This document shows, one piece after another, positions 8,147 to 16,458 of a DNA stretch of 44,687 bases (positions are counted from its first letter, which is position 1; each line of letters starts with the position of its first letter). The stretch is from the IMG/VR virus record IMGVR_UViG_3300013767_000205, positions 1 through 44,687 of that record. One strand, given 5' to 3'. Source of the stretch: a virus. Its lineage: Duplodnaviria > Caudoviricetes. Both the position numbers and the translations under genes were made by a program. The notes under the pieces were generated by a model, which ran no database searches, had not been told where the DNA came from, and saw only the letters and a program-made list of their open reading frames with translations.

Positions 8147-8626
8147 ATGAACGACATCACCCTCTTTCCTGCCGACATCGCCGCGATGTCCGTCAGCCAG
8201 TTGGCGGCGCTGCCCGCCGCGCAGAAGGCCGAGATCGACAAGAACCTCGACGAAGCCCTCGACTGGTTGAAGAAGGCGCGCGCCAAGTTCGATGCAGCGC
8301 TCGATGCCGCCTACGGCGAGCAGGCCCGCGCGGCGCTGCGCGAGTCCGGCCGCGACTTCGGCACCGCGCACCTCGACGACGGCCCGCTGCACATCAAGTT
8401 CGAACTGCCCAAGAAGGTCAGTTGGGATCAGAAGAAGCTCGGCGACATCGCCGCCCACATCGTGGCCGCCGGCGACAAGGTCGAGCACTTCATTGATGTG
8501 AAGCTCGCGGTTTCCGAATCGCGCTTCACCAACTGGCCGCCGACGCTCCAGCAGGAGTTCGCCGCTGCTCGCACGGTCGAGCCGGGCAAGCCGTCTTTCA
8601 CTCTTTCCCTCGATTCGGAGCACTGA
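8147..8626 (+). CDS. Hypothetical phage protein (159 aa)
   Basis: GAGGAG RBS, in operon, good codon usage. Confidence 0.8.
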   Translation: MNDITLFPADIAAMSVSQLAALPAAQKAEIDKNLDEALDWLKKARAKFDAALDAAYGEQARAALRESGRDFGTAHLDDGPLHIKFELPKKVSWDQKKLGDIAAHIVAAGDKVEHFIDVKLAVSESRFTNWPPTLQQEFAAARTVEPGKPSFTLSLDSEH

Positions 8627-8628
8627 CC

Positions 8629-8910
8629 ATGAGCACCAGCCTCATCGCTTCGCTGCGCAAGCAGTTGCCGTCCATCTACGGCGAACACCTTCCCGACGAC
8701 ATCCGCTATCGCGGTGCCGATGGTCACGACGTCGTCGTGGCGCTCGACGCCGCCACGGTGGACGAGCTGGCCTTCGCCATCCAGACCGCGAATGCCAAAG
8801 CCCTGGCGCTCGGCCGCCGCCGCACCGCACTGGAAGAACTCCACACCGAAGTGCGCAAGCGCGCCGCGCGTGGGGCCGATCGCATCGCCGACGTCGCGTG
8901 GGAGGGCTGA
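8629..8910 (+). CDS. Hypothetical phage protein (93 aa)
   Basis: Fills the gap in the operon, 2 bp after the previous stop. GGAG RBS. Confidence 0.75.
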   Translation: MSTSLIASLRKQLPSIYGEHLPDDIRYRGADGHDVVVALDAATVDELAFAIQTANAKALALGRRRTALEELHTEVRKRAARGADRIADVAWEG

Positions 8911-8912
8911 TC

Positions 8913-9674
8913 ATGAGCGCGATCATCCCCTTCCAGTTCGAGGCGCACGCGGTGCGAGTGCAGGTCGACGACCTCGGCCTGCCGTGGTTCAACGCCAGCG
9001 ATGTCTGCGACGCGTTGGAGATGGGCAATCCGTCTCAGGCGATCAAATCCCACGTCGATGCCGATGACCTCCAGAAATTGGAGGTCATCGACAACCTCGG
9101 ACGAACGCAGCGCGCCAACCACGTCAACGAATCGGGCCTATACGCCCTGATCCTCGGCAGCACGAAGGATGCCGCAAAGCGCTTCAAACGCTGGGTGACC
9201 AGCGAGGTGCTGCCTGCAATCCGCAAGACCGGCGGCTACACCGTGCCCGGCGCGCTGGCGACCTTGTCCGCGCCGACCCACGACCGCGTGTCCGCGATCC
9301 TGCTGATCGGCGAGGCCGTGGCGAAGGTGCCGGGCGTGAAACCGGGCATCGCGGCGGCGGCGACGCTGACCTGCATTCAGGAGAACACGGGTCTCGCCGT
9401 CGAAACCCTGCGCCGCGCGTTGCCCGCTGCCAACGAGCCGATCTGCTCGCTCAACGCCACCCAGCTCGGCAAGCTGCTGAACCGCTCGGCCAAGGCCACG
9501 AACCAGTTGCTGGCGGCGGGCGGCCTCCAGTTCCGCAACGACCGCGACGAATGGGAACTGACCGAGGCCGGTGAAGCGTGGGCCGAAGCCATGCCGTACT
9601 CGCGCAACGGCCACAGCGGCTACCAGATCCTCTGGAATCCCGCCGTCGCCGAAGAGTTGAAGGAGGTGGCGTGA
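8913..9674 (+). CDS. BRO-N domain protein (phage antirepressor-like)
   Basis: FQFEAHAVRV..PWFNASDVCDAL..VNESGLYALILGS..AKRFKRWVTSEVLPAIRKTGGY. Confidence 0.9.
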   Translation: MSAIIPFQFEAHAVRVQVDDLGLPWFNASDVCDALEMGNPSQAIKSHVDADDLQKLEVIDNLGRTQRANHVNESGLYALILGSTKDAAKRFKRWVTSEVLPAIRKTGGYTVPGALATLSAPTHDRVSAILLIGEAVAKVPGVKPGIAAAATLTCIQENTGLAVETLRRALPAANEPICSLNATQLGKLLNRSAKATNQLLAAGGLQFRNDRDEWELTEAGEAWAEAMPYSRNGHSGYQILWNPAVAEELKEVA

Positions 9675-10528
9675 TGTCCCTCCCGATCATCTCCGCGCAG
9701 CAGCGCATGGCCGAGCGCAAGGGCGTGAAGCTGCTGATGCTCGGCAAATCCGGCATCGGCAAGACCACCCGGCTCAAAGACCTCGATCCGGCCACCACAT
9801 TGTTCCTCGACATCGAGGCGGGCGACCTGGCCGTGGCCGACTGGCCGGGCGACACCATCCGTCCGGCATCGTGGCCGGAGTCGCGCGATTTCTTCGTCTT
9901 CCTCGCCGGGCCCGACAAGTCGCTGCCGCCGGACGCCGCGTTCTCGCAGGCGCACTACGACCACGTCGTCGAGAAGTTCGGCGATCCGGCGCAGCTCGAC
10001 CGCTACCACACCTTCTTCCTCGACTCGATCACGCAGCTCTCGCGCCAGTGCTTCGCGTGGTGCAAGACGCAACCGGGTGCCACCAGCGACCGCACCGGCA
10101 AGCCGGACATGCGCGGTGCCTACGGCCTGCTCGGGCAGGAAATGGTCAGCGCCTTGACCCACCTGCAACACGCGCGCGGCAAGAACGTGGTGTTCGTCGC
10201 CATCCTCGACGAACGGCTCGACGACTACAACCGCAAGGTCTTCGTGCCGCAGATCGAGGGCAGCAAGACCAGCCTCGAACTGCCCGGCATCGTCGACGAG
10301 GTCGTGACGCTGGCCGAGATCAAGGCCGAGGACGGCAGCGCCTACCGCGCCTTCGTCACCCATACCGTCAATCCATTCGGCTACCCGGCCAAAGACCGCA
10401 GCGGTCGTCTCGACCTGCTCGAACCGCCGGACTTGAACGCACTGATCGCCAAGTGCGCGGGCGCAGCCGTGCCCGCCAGCGCCGCCGCCCATTCCGCCAT
10501 TCCCGCATCCCACGAATCTCAGGAGTAA
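9674..10528 (+). CDS. Phage AAA/P-loop NTPase (Sak4-like recombination protein)
   Basis: Walker A GKSGIGKT, FLDIEAG, Walker B FFLDSIT, and AKDRSG. Confidence 0.85.
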   Translation: MSLPIISAQQRMAERKGVKLLMLGKSGIGKTTRLKDLDPATTLFLDIEAGDLAVADWPGDTIRPASWPESRDFFVFLAGPDKSLPPDAAFSQAHYDHVVEKFGDPAQLDRYHTFFLDSITQLSRQCFAWCKTQPGATSDRTGKPDMRGAYGLLGQEMVSALTHLQHARGKNVVFVAILDERLDDYNRKVFVPQIEGSKTSLELPGIVDEVVTLAEIKAEDGSAYRAFVTHTVNPFGYPAKDRSGRLDLLEPPDLNALIAKCAGAAVPASAAAHSAIPASHESQE

Positions 10529-10533
10529 TCGCC

Positions 10534-11172
10534 ATGACCACGCAGAACTGGAACGACTTCAACGACGCCGAACAGCAACAGGGCTTCGACCTCATCCCCA
10601 AGGGCACGCTGGTGCCGGTGCGCATGACCATCAAGCCCGGTGGTCACGACGATCCGGCACAAGGCTGGGTCGGCGGCTACGCCACCGAATCCTTCGAAAC
10701 CGGCGCGATCTATATCGCCGCCGAGTTCGTCGTCACCGGCGGTGAGCATGCCAAACGCAAGATGTGGTCGAACATCGGCCTGCACTCGAAGAAGGGCCCG
10801 ACCTGGGGCCAGATGGGGCGCAGCTTCATCCGCGCCGTGCTCAACAGCGCGCGCAACGTCCATCCGCAGGACAACAGCCCGCTAGCCGCCGCCGCGCGCC
10901 GCATCCAGGGCTTCCACGAACTGGACGGCATCGAGTTCCTCGCCCGCGTGGACGTCGAGAAGGACGCCAAGGGTCTGGATCGCAACGTCGTCAAGCTCGC
11001 GGTCGAACCCGACCACCCCGAGTACGCCAAGCTCATGGGCGTGCCGCCCAAGGCCAAGACCGGTGGCGGCACCTCGGGTGCTCCGGCGCAAGCCGCGCCG
11101 CCCTACGCCGCCACCGCCACGCCTGCGCCGCAACGCGCGCCGGTGACCGGCAAGCCCGCTTGGGCGCAGTGA
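10534..11172 (+). CDS. Probable phage ssDNA-binding protein
   Basis: Follows the Sak4-like gene. FDLIPKGT N-terminus and Pro/Ala-rich tail ending KPAWAQ. Confidence 0.65.
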   Translation: MTTQNWNDFNDAEQQQGFDLIPKGTLVPVRMTIKPGGHDDPAQGWVGGYATESFETGAIYIAAEFVVTGGEHAKRKMWSNIGLHSKKGPTWGQMGRSFIRAVLNSARNVHPQDNSPLAAAARRIQGFHELDGIEFLARVDVEKDAKGLDRNVVKLAVEPDHPEYAKLMGVPPKAKTGGGTSGAPAQAAPPYAATATPAPQRAPVTGKPAWAQ

Positions 11173-11181
11173 GGGAGGCCG

Positions 11182-11670
11182 ATGAAATGCTGGGTCTGCA
11201 AACGACAGGCGCGCGGCTACGGCCATTTCGATGGCCGATTCAAGACCGCCGATCCGCGCCGCTACCCCATCGACTGGGTCTTCTGCTCGCGCCGCTGCCA
11301 GGACGCGTTCCACATGCTCTACGGCAATTGGACGCGCGTGAAGGAAGGATGCATCGACGAATCGGAGGTCGCCATGATCGATCCGTCTGATGTCGAACTG
11401 GCCGCGATGAAGAAGTGCCTGAAGGCCTTCGGCGAGGCGGCGGGGGAGATCGGTTTCCAGAAGCCGCTTGGCGAGTATGCCGAAGCCGAGGCCATGCGCG
11501 TCATCGACGCCATCGTCACCTGCTACACGGAAGCGATGGTCGAGCACCACGAGGCGACCAAGTTCCCGCCCGTGCGCGGCATGGCTCCGACACCCGATCC
11601 GCTGGCGAACCCGTTCGCCGATCTGGAAGACGACCTTCCCTGGGAAGAACCGAAAGGGAGGAAGCCATGA
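11182..11670 (+). CDS. Zn-finger-containing phage protein (DUF6511-like)
   Basis: CWVC...FCSRRC N-terminus. Acidic tail NPFADLEDDLPW. Confidence 0.7.
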   Translation: MKCWVCKRQARGYGHFDGRFKTADPRRYPIDWVFCSRRCQDAFHMLYGNWTRVKEGCIDESEVAMIDPSDVELAAMKKCLKAFGEAAGEIGFQKPLGEYAEAEAMRVIDAIVTCYTEAMVEHHEATKFPPVRGMAPTPDPLANPFADLEDDLPWEEPKGRKP

Positions 11671-12404
11671 TCGACTTCAATTCCTCATCGAGCATCTCGG
11701 GCCAGGTCATGGCACTGGTCGATGCCGGAATGCAACGCGTCCGCGCGCAGCAGCCCGCGCGCGACTATCTCGGCGCATCGCGTCTGGGCGCAGCCTGCGA
11801 GCGCGCCTTGCAGTTCGAGTACGCCAAGGCTCCGGTCGATCACGGGCGCGACGCCGAGGGTCGGATGCTGCGCATCTTCGAACGTGGCCACGTCATGGAG
11901 GACTGCATGGTCGCGTGGCTGCGCGATGCGGGTTTCGATCTGCGCACGCGCATGTCCGACGGCGAGCAGTTCGGTTTCTCCGACGCGCATGGTCGGCTGC
12001 GCGGGCACGTCGACGGCGTCATCGTCGCCGGGCCGGAAGGCTTCCGCTACCCCGCGCTGTGGGAGAACAAGTGCCTCGGCGCGAAGTCCTGGCGCGAGCT
12101 GGAATCGAAAGGCCTCGCGGTGGCCAAGCCGGTGTACGCGGCGCAGGTCGCGCTGTATCAGGCGCATCTGCAACTGCACGAACACCCGGCGCTCTTCACC
12201 GCGATCAATGCCGACTCGATGGAGATCTACGTCGAGCTGGTGCCCTTCGACGCCGCGCTCGCGCAGCGCATGACCGACCGCGCTGTCAAGGTCATTTCCG
12301 CGACCGAGGTCGGTGAGCTGCTGCCGCGCGGCTTCAACGATCCCACCCATTTCGAATGCCGCATGTGCGCGTGGCAAGACCGCTGCTGGAGGACGCCGAC
12401 ATGA
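11667..12404 (+). CDS. Cas4-like PD-(D/E)XK exonuclease
   Basis: YLGASRLGAACER, GH, HVDG, ENK, Q...Y and C-terminal CRMC..(x5)C motifs (four-Cys Fe-S pattern). Confidence 0.82.
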   Translation: MIDFNSSSSISGQVMALVDAGMQRVRAQQPARDYLGASRLGAACERALQFEYAKAPVDHGRDAEGRMLRIFERGHVMEDCMVAWLRDAGFDLRTRMSDGEQFGFSDAHGRLRGHVDGVIVAGPEGFRYPALWENKCLGAKSWRELESKGLAVAKPVYAAQVALYQAHLQLHEHPALFTAINADSMEIYVELVPFDAALAQRMTDRAVKVISATEVGELLPRGFNDPTHFECRMCAWQDRCWRTPT

Positions 12405-12628
12405 ACCACACACCTTTGAATCAGGTGCTTGGCGAACAACTGATCGACGCACGCCAAGCTGCGCTGATGTTCAACCTGCCGACCTACTGGCTGTCGCAAG
12501 CCAAGGAGCGCCAGCAGCGCCGCATCCCGCACTACCGCGTCGGCAAGCTCGTCCGCTTCAAGCCCAACGAACTGGAAGCGTGGATCGTCGCGCAGCAGCC
12601 CTCCGGTGAGGAGGCCGCGGATGCTTGA
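12401..12628 (+). CDS. Small HTH (excisionase-like) protein
   Basis: LIDARQAALMFNLP..RIPHYRVGKLVRFKPNELEAW. Confidence 0.8.
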   Translation: MNHTPLNQVLGEQLIDARQAALMFNLPTYWLSQAKERQQRRIPHYRVGKLVRFKPNELEAWIVAQQPSGEEAADA

Positions 12629-14903
12629 TTTCAACGACACGCAAACCCCTGCTCCTCGTGACCTCGACGCCGAACGCGAAGCGATCCGCGCCGAACTGCT
12701 CGCGCGTCTGGAATCGGTGCTGGCCGCGCTGTTCCCCGCAGGCAGAAAGCGCAGCGGCAAGTTCCTCACCGGCGACGTACTCGGCAGTCCGGGTGACAGC
12801 CTGGAGATCGTACTCGACGGCGACAAGGCGGGCCTGTGGACGGATCGCGCCACGGGCGACGGCGGCGACATCTTCACGCTGATCGCCGCGCACATCGGCA
12901 TCGGTGCCCACGCCGATTTCCCGTGCGTGCTCGACGCGGCGACCGAACTGCTCGGACGCGCTCCGGCGACACCGGCGCGCAAATCGAAGAAGGAAGCACC
13001 CGTCGACGACCTCGGCCCGGCCACCGCGAAGTGGGACTACCTCGACGCCTCCGGCAAGCTGATCGCAGTCGTCTACCGCTACGACCCGCCCGGCCGCAAG
13101 AAGGAGTTCCGCCCGTGGGACGCGCGCCGTCGCAAGATGGCTCCGCCCGATCCGCGCCCGATCTACAACCAGCCGGGCATGACCAGCGCATCGCTAGTGG
13201 TGCTGGTCGAGGGCGAGAAATGCGCGCAGGCGCTGATCGACGCAGGCATCGTTGCGACCACGGCGATGCACGGCGCGAACGCGCCGGTCGAGAAGACCGA
13301 CTGGTCGCCACTGGCGGGCAAGGCCGTGCTGATCTGGCCCGACCGCGACAAACCGGGCTGGGAGTACGCGACGCAGGCGGCGCAGGCCATCCTGTCGGCG
13401 GGCGCGAAGACCTGCCACATTTTGTACCCGCCCGAGGAAGCTGCGGACGGCTGGGACGCGGCGGACGCCGTGATGGAGGGCTTCGACGTCGCGGCCTTCC
13501 TCACCCACGGCCCGCGTCTCCAGATGCACGACGTCGCCGACGACGCCGAGCCGGTCGTCAGCACCGACGAATCGGTCTGGGGCACGGAGGACGCGCTGGC
13601 GCTGGCCTTCACCCGGCGCTACCACCGAGACTGGCGCTACGTCGCCGCGTGGGGCCGCTGGCTGGTGTGGGATGGGCATCGCTGGCGCACCGAGGACACG
13701 CTCGCGGCCACCGACCTGATCCGCAGCGTCTGCCGTCACGCCGCCGTCCACGCCGACAACCCCAAGATCGCCGCCAAGCTGGCCAGCTCGGGCACGGTCG
13801 GCGGCGTCGAACGGCTGGCGCGCGCGGATCGCAGGCACGCGGCCACCACCGCCGAATGGGACGCCGATCCGTGGCTGCTCAACACGCCCGGCGGCGTGGT
13901 CGATCTCAAGACCGGCCGGCAGCGTGCGCACGACCGCGCCGACAGGATGACCAAGATCACCACGGCCACGCCGGGTGGCGACTGCCCGATCTGGCGGCAG
14001 TTCCTCGTCGAAATCACCGGCGGCGACACCGAGCTGCAAGCCTACCTGCAACGGATGGCGGGCTACACGCTCACCGGCTCGACTCAGGAGCACGCGCTGT
14101 TTTTCCTGTACGGCACGGGCGCGAACGGCAAGTCAGTGTTCGTCAACACGCTAGCCACGATCCTCGGTGACTACGCGACCAACGCGCCGATGGACACCTT
14201 CATGGAAACGCGTACCGACCGGCATCCCACCGACATGGCGGGCCTGCGCGGCGCGCGCTTCGTGTCCGCCATCGAAACCGAGCAAGGGCGACGCTGGGCC
14301 GAATCCAAGGTCAAGAACCTCACCGGCGGCGACAAGATCTCCGCGCGCTTCATGCGTCAGGACTTCTTCGAGTTCTTCCCGCAGTTCAAGCTGGTCGTGG
14401 CGGGCAACCACAAGCCCGCCATCCGCAACATCGACGAAGCGATGAAGCGGCGGCTGCACCTGATCCCGTTCACGATCACCGTGCCGCCCGAGCGCCGCGA
14501 CAAGCATCTCCAGCAGAAGCTCCTGGCCGAGCGCGACGGCATCCTGGCGTGGGCGGTTCAGGGCTGTCTCGACTGGCAGCGTCTGGGTCGGCTCGATCCG
14601 CCGCAGCAGGTGCTCGAAGCGACCGAGGAATATTTCGAGGCCGAGGACGCGCTGGGCCGCTGGCTCGACGAACGCTGCGTGCGCGAAGCAAACGCGAAGT
14701 CGCTGACCGCCGAACTGTTCAACGACTGGAAGCAGTGGGCCGACTCCGCCGGCGAGTTCATCGGCTCGCAGAAGCGGTTCTCCGATCTGCTCATCACCCG
14801 TGGTGTCGAGAAGTGGCGCAACACGGCGGGTCTACGCGGCTTCCGTGGTGTCGGCCTCAAGCATCCGCCCACGCCCGCTTACACCCCTTATGCCGACAAC
14901 TGA
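12621..14903 (+). CDS. P4-family primase/helicase (Toprim + D5-N + SF3 ATPase, 760 aa)
   Basis: Toprim VLVEGEKCA and WPDRDKPG. D5-like LLNTPGGVVDL. Walker A GTGANGKS. LTGGDKISARFMRQDFFEF. Confidence 0.92.
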   Translation: MLDFNDTQTPAPRDLDAEREAIRAELLARLESVLAALFPAGRKRSGKFLTGDVLGSPGDSLEIVLDGDKAGLWTDRATGDGGDIFTLIAAHIGIGAHADFPCVLDAATELLGRAPATPARKSKKEAPVDDLGPATAKWDYLDASGKLIAVVYRYDPPGRKKEFRPWDARRRKMAPPDPRPIYNQPGMTSASLVVLVEGEKCAQALIDAGIVATTAMHGANAPVEKTDWSPLAGKAVLIWPDRDKPGWEYATQAAQAILSAGAKTCHILYPPEEAADGWDAADAVMEGFDVAAFLTHGPRLQMHDVADDAEPVVSTDESVWGTEDALALAFTRRYHRDWRYVAAWGRWLVWDGHRWRTEDTLAATDLIRSVCRHAAVHADNPKIAAKLASSGTVGGVERLARADRRHAATTAEWDADPWLLNTPGGVVDLKTGRQRAHDRADRMTKITTATPGGDCPIWRQFLVEITGGDTELQAYLQRMAGYTLTGSTQEHALFFLYGTGANGKSVFVNTLATILGDYATNAPMDTFMETRTDRHPTDMAGLRGARFVSAIETEQGRRWAESKVKNLTGGDKISARFMRQDFFEFFPQFKLVVAGNHKPAIRNIDEAMKRRLHLIPFTITVPPERRDKHLQQKLLAERDGILAWAVQGCLDWQRLGRLDPPQQVLEATEEYFEAEDALGRWLDERCVREANAKSLTAELFNDWKQWADSAGEFIGSQKRFSDLLITRGVEKWRNTAGLRGFRGVGLKHPPTPAYTPYADN

Positions 14904-14922
14904 CCGCCATGCCGACACACCC

Positions 14923-15022
14923 GACTGACGGATTTGACGGACTACGTCGTAACTCCTACGCGCGCGTGCGCGCACACGCACCTCATGGGGAGTTTCGATG
15001 TGACCCGTCCGATCCGTCAGTC
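14923..15022. repeat. 34-bp imperfect inverted repeat; candidate replication origin
   Basis: Arms at 14923-14956 and 14989-15022 match at 27/34 positions by manual comparison. The loop contains a 24-nt alternating purine/pyrimidine run. Lies directly after the primase gene. Confidence 0.7.
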
Positions 15023-15046
15023 CGAACCGAAACAAGGACTGCAACC

Positions 15047-15523
15047 ATGACCACGACCATCCTCGCCCTTGACTTGGGCACTACCACCGGCTGGGCGCTG
15101 CGCGGCAGCGACGGCAACATCACCAGCGGCAGCGAGAGCTTCCGGCCGCAACGCTTCGAAGGCGGCGGCATGCGCTTCCTGCGCTTCAAGCGTTGGCTCA
15201 CGGAACTTAAGGCCGTGACCGGCGGCATCGACACGCTGCACTTCGAGGAGGTACGCCGCCACGTTTCGACCGACGCGGCGCATGCCTACGGCGGCTTCCT
15301 AGCCACGCTCACCGCGTGGTGCGAGCACCACCAGATTCCCTACCAGGGCGTGCCGGTCGGCACGATCAAGAAGCACGCCACCGGCAAGGGCAACGCGGGC
15401 AAGGACGAGGTGATCGCGGCCATGAGCGCACGCGGCTACTCGCCATCCGACGACAACGAAGCCGACGCGCTGGCGTTGCTGCATTGGGCCATCGCACAGC
15501 ACGATCTCGAACAGGAGGCGTGA
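15047..15523 (+). CDS. RuvC-like Holliday junction resolvase
   Basis: ILALDLGTTTGWA, FEEV, IKKHATGKGNAGK and DDNEADALALL. Confidence 0.85.
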   Translation: MTTTILALDLGTTTGWALRGSDGNITSGSESFRPQRFEGGGMRFLRFKRWLTELKAVTGGIDTLHFEEVRRHVSTDAAHAYGGFLATLTAWCEHHQIPYQGVPVGTIKKHATGKGNAGKDEVIAAMSARGYSPSDDNEADALALLHWAIAQHDLEQEA

Positions 15524-15524
15524 G

Positions 15525-15734
15525 ATGAAGACTCCGACGCCCACCTATCGCTGCCCCTTGGGCCGCCTCCAGCCCGAGACCACCGACCTCGAAGCGATGA
15601 AGCAACGCGGCTGGCGCGACCAGCACATCCTCGTCGTCAACGCCGCCGACGAACGCTTGGACTTCATCGAGCGCGAGTTCGTCCGGCGCATCGGCGAACG
15701 CCTCTACGGACAGGGAGGCGCACGTCATGGCTGA
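15525..15734 (+). CDS. Hypothetical protein (69 aa)
   Basis: GGAGG RBS, tightly packed in the operon. Confidence 0.7.
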   Translation: MKTPTPTYRCPLGRLQPETTDLEAMKQRGWRDQHILVVNAADERLDFIEREFVRRIGERLYGQGGARHG

Positions 15735-16122
15735 TTCCCGCAGTTGGACAATCGACGACGTGGCCGCACGCTTCGAGGAGGCGGCCAGTACCGGACGACG
15801 CCTGCCGCCCGTGCGCGTGCAGGGCTACTTCAACACCTGGCCGATCATCGTGCGCAAGGAGTGGGAAGCCTTCGCGGCTGACGAGACAGTCTATCGACCG
15901 TTCCCGCCCAGCCCGGACGCCATCGATCGGATGCTGGAGACGATGAAGTGGGTGCAGTGGCTGGAGGTCGAGCAGCGCCACCTCGTGTGGATGCGCGCCA
16001 AGCGCTACGGCTGGCGCGACATCACCATCCGCTTCGCCTGCGACCGCACGACGGCATGGCGGCGCTGGCAGCGCGCCTTGCAGACGGTCGCCGACCAGCT
16101 CAATGGTGTCGTCACGGTGTAG
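15727..16122 (+). CDS. DUF6362-like protein; candidate late activator/antiterminator
   Basis: WTIDDVAARFEEAA..LPPVRVQGYFNTWP, with a C-terminal sigma-region-4-like HTH (WRDITIRFACDRTTAWRRWQRAL). Q-like position before the late genes. Confidence 0.7.
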   Translation: MADSRSWTIDDVAARFEEAASTGRRLPPVRVQGYFNTWPIIVRKEWEAFAADETVYRPFPPSPDAIDRMLETMKWVQWLEVEQRHLVWMRAKRYGWRDITIRFACDRTTAWRRWQRALQTVADQLNGVVTV

Positions 16123-16278
16123 TGATTTGGCGTGATTTGGCGCGCGCGGTCGGCAATGCGCGGGCATCGGCGGCAGTGAGCGGTTTTTGACCCTGCAACA
16201 GATTCGCCGATCCGGGGGTAGTATTTCAGCTATCTTCTGGACAGCGGTGACGGCGCGGCGAGCGGCCCGAGGCAAAAG

Positions 16279-16330
16279 GGGTCCTTCCTGCCGAAATCGC
16301 AATGCGGGGGGCGCGAGCGCGGCGCTTTTC
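16279..16330 (+). other. Lambda-like cos candidate (cosQ-like GGGTCCT followed by GC-rich cosN-like sequence)
   Basis: GGGTCCT at 16279-16285, then ATGCGGGGGGCGCGAGCGCGGCGCTTTT. Compare lambda GGGTCCT..TTACG^GGGCGGCGACCT^CGCGGGTTTT at similar spacing. The terminase is GpA-type. Confidence 0.65.
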
Positions 16331-16340
16331 TAGCGTCAGG

Positions 16341-16393
16341 GTGCGAACTGAGGTTCGCACGGTTCGCAGGTTCGCACCCCGTCCAGTTCGCAC
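16341..16393. repeat. Cluster of five GTTCGCA boxes (one inverted, four direct)
   Basis: GTGCGAAC at 16341; GGTTCGCAC at 16352; GGTTCGCA at 16361; GGTTCGCAC at 16369; AGTTCGCAC at 16385. Confidence 0.85.
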
Positions 16394-16403
16394 TTCACAC
16401 TCC

Positions 16404-16443
16404 AACCCGCCCACGGCATCGTCCATCGGCGGGTTTCGTTTTT
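16404..16443 (+). terminator. Terminator-like hairpin before the first methyltransferase
   Basis: AACCCGCC...GGCGGGTT stem followed by TCGTTTTT. Confidence 0.55.
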
Positions 16444-16458
16444 CCGGAACCCACACCC

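Noticed and set aside
11667-12404. Cas4-like gene as evidence of a CRISPR-Cas system
   Set aside because: It lies in a phage recombination operon with no array or other cas genes.
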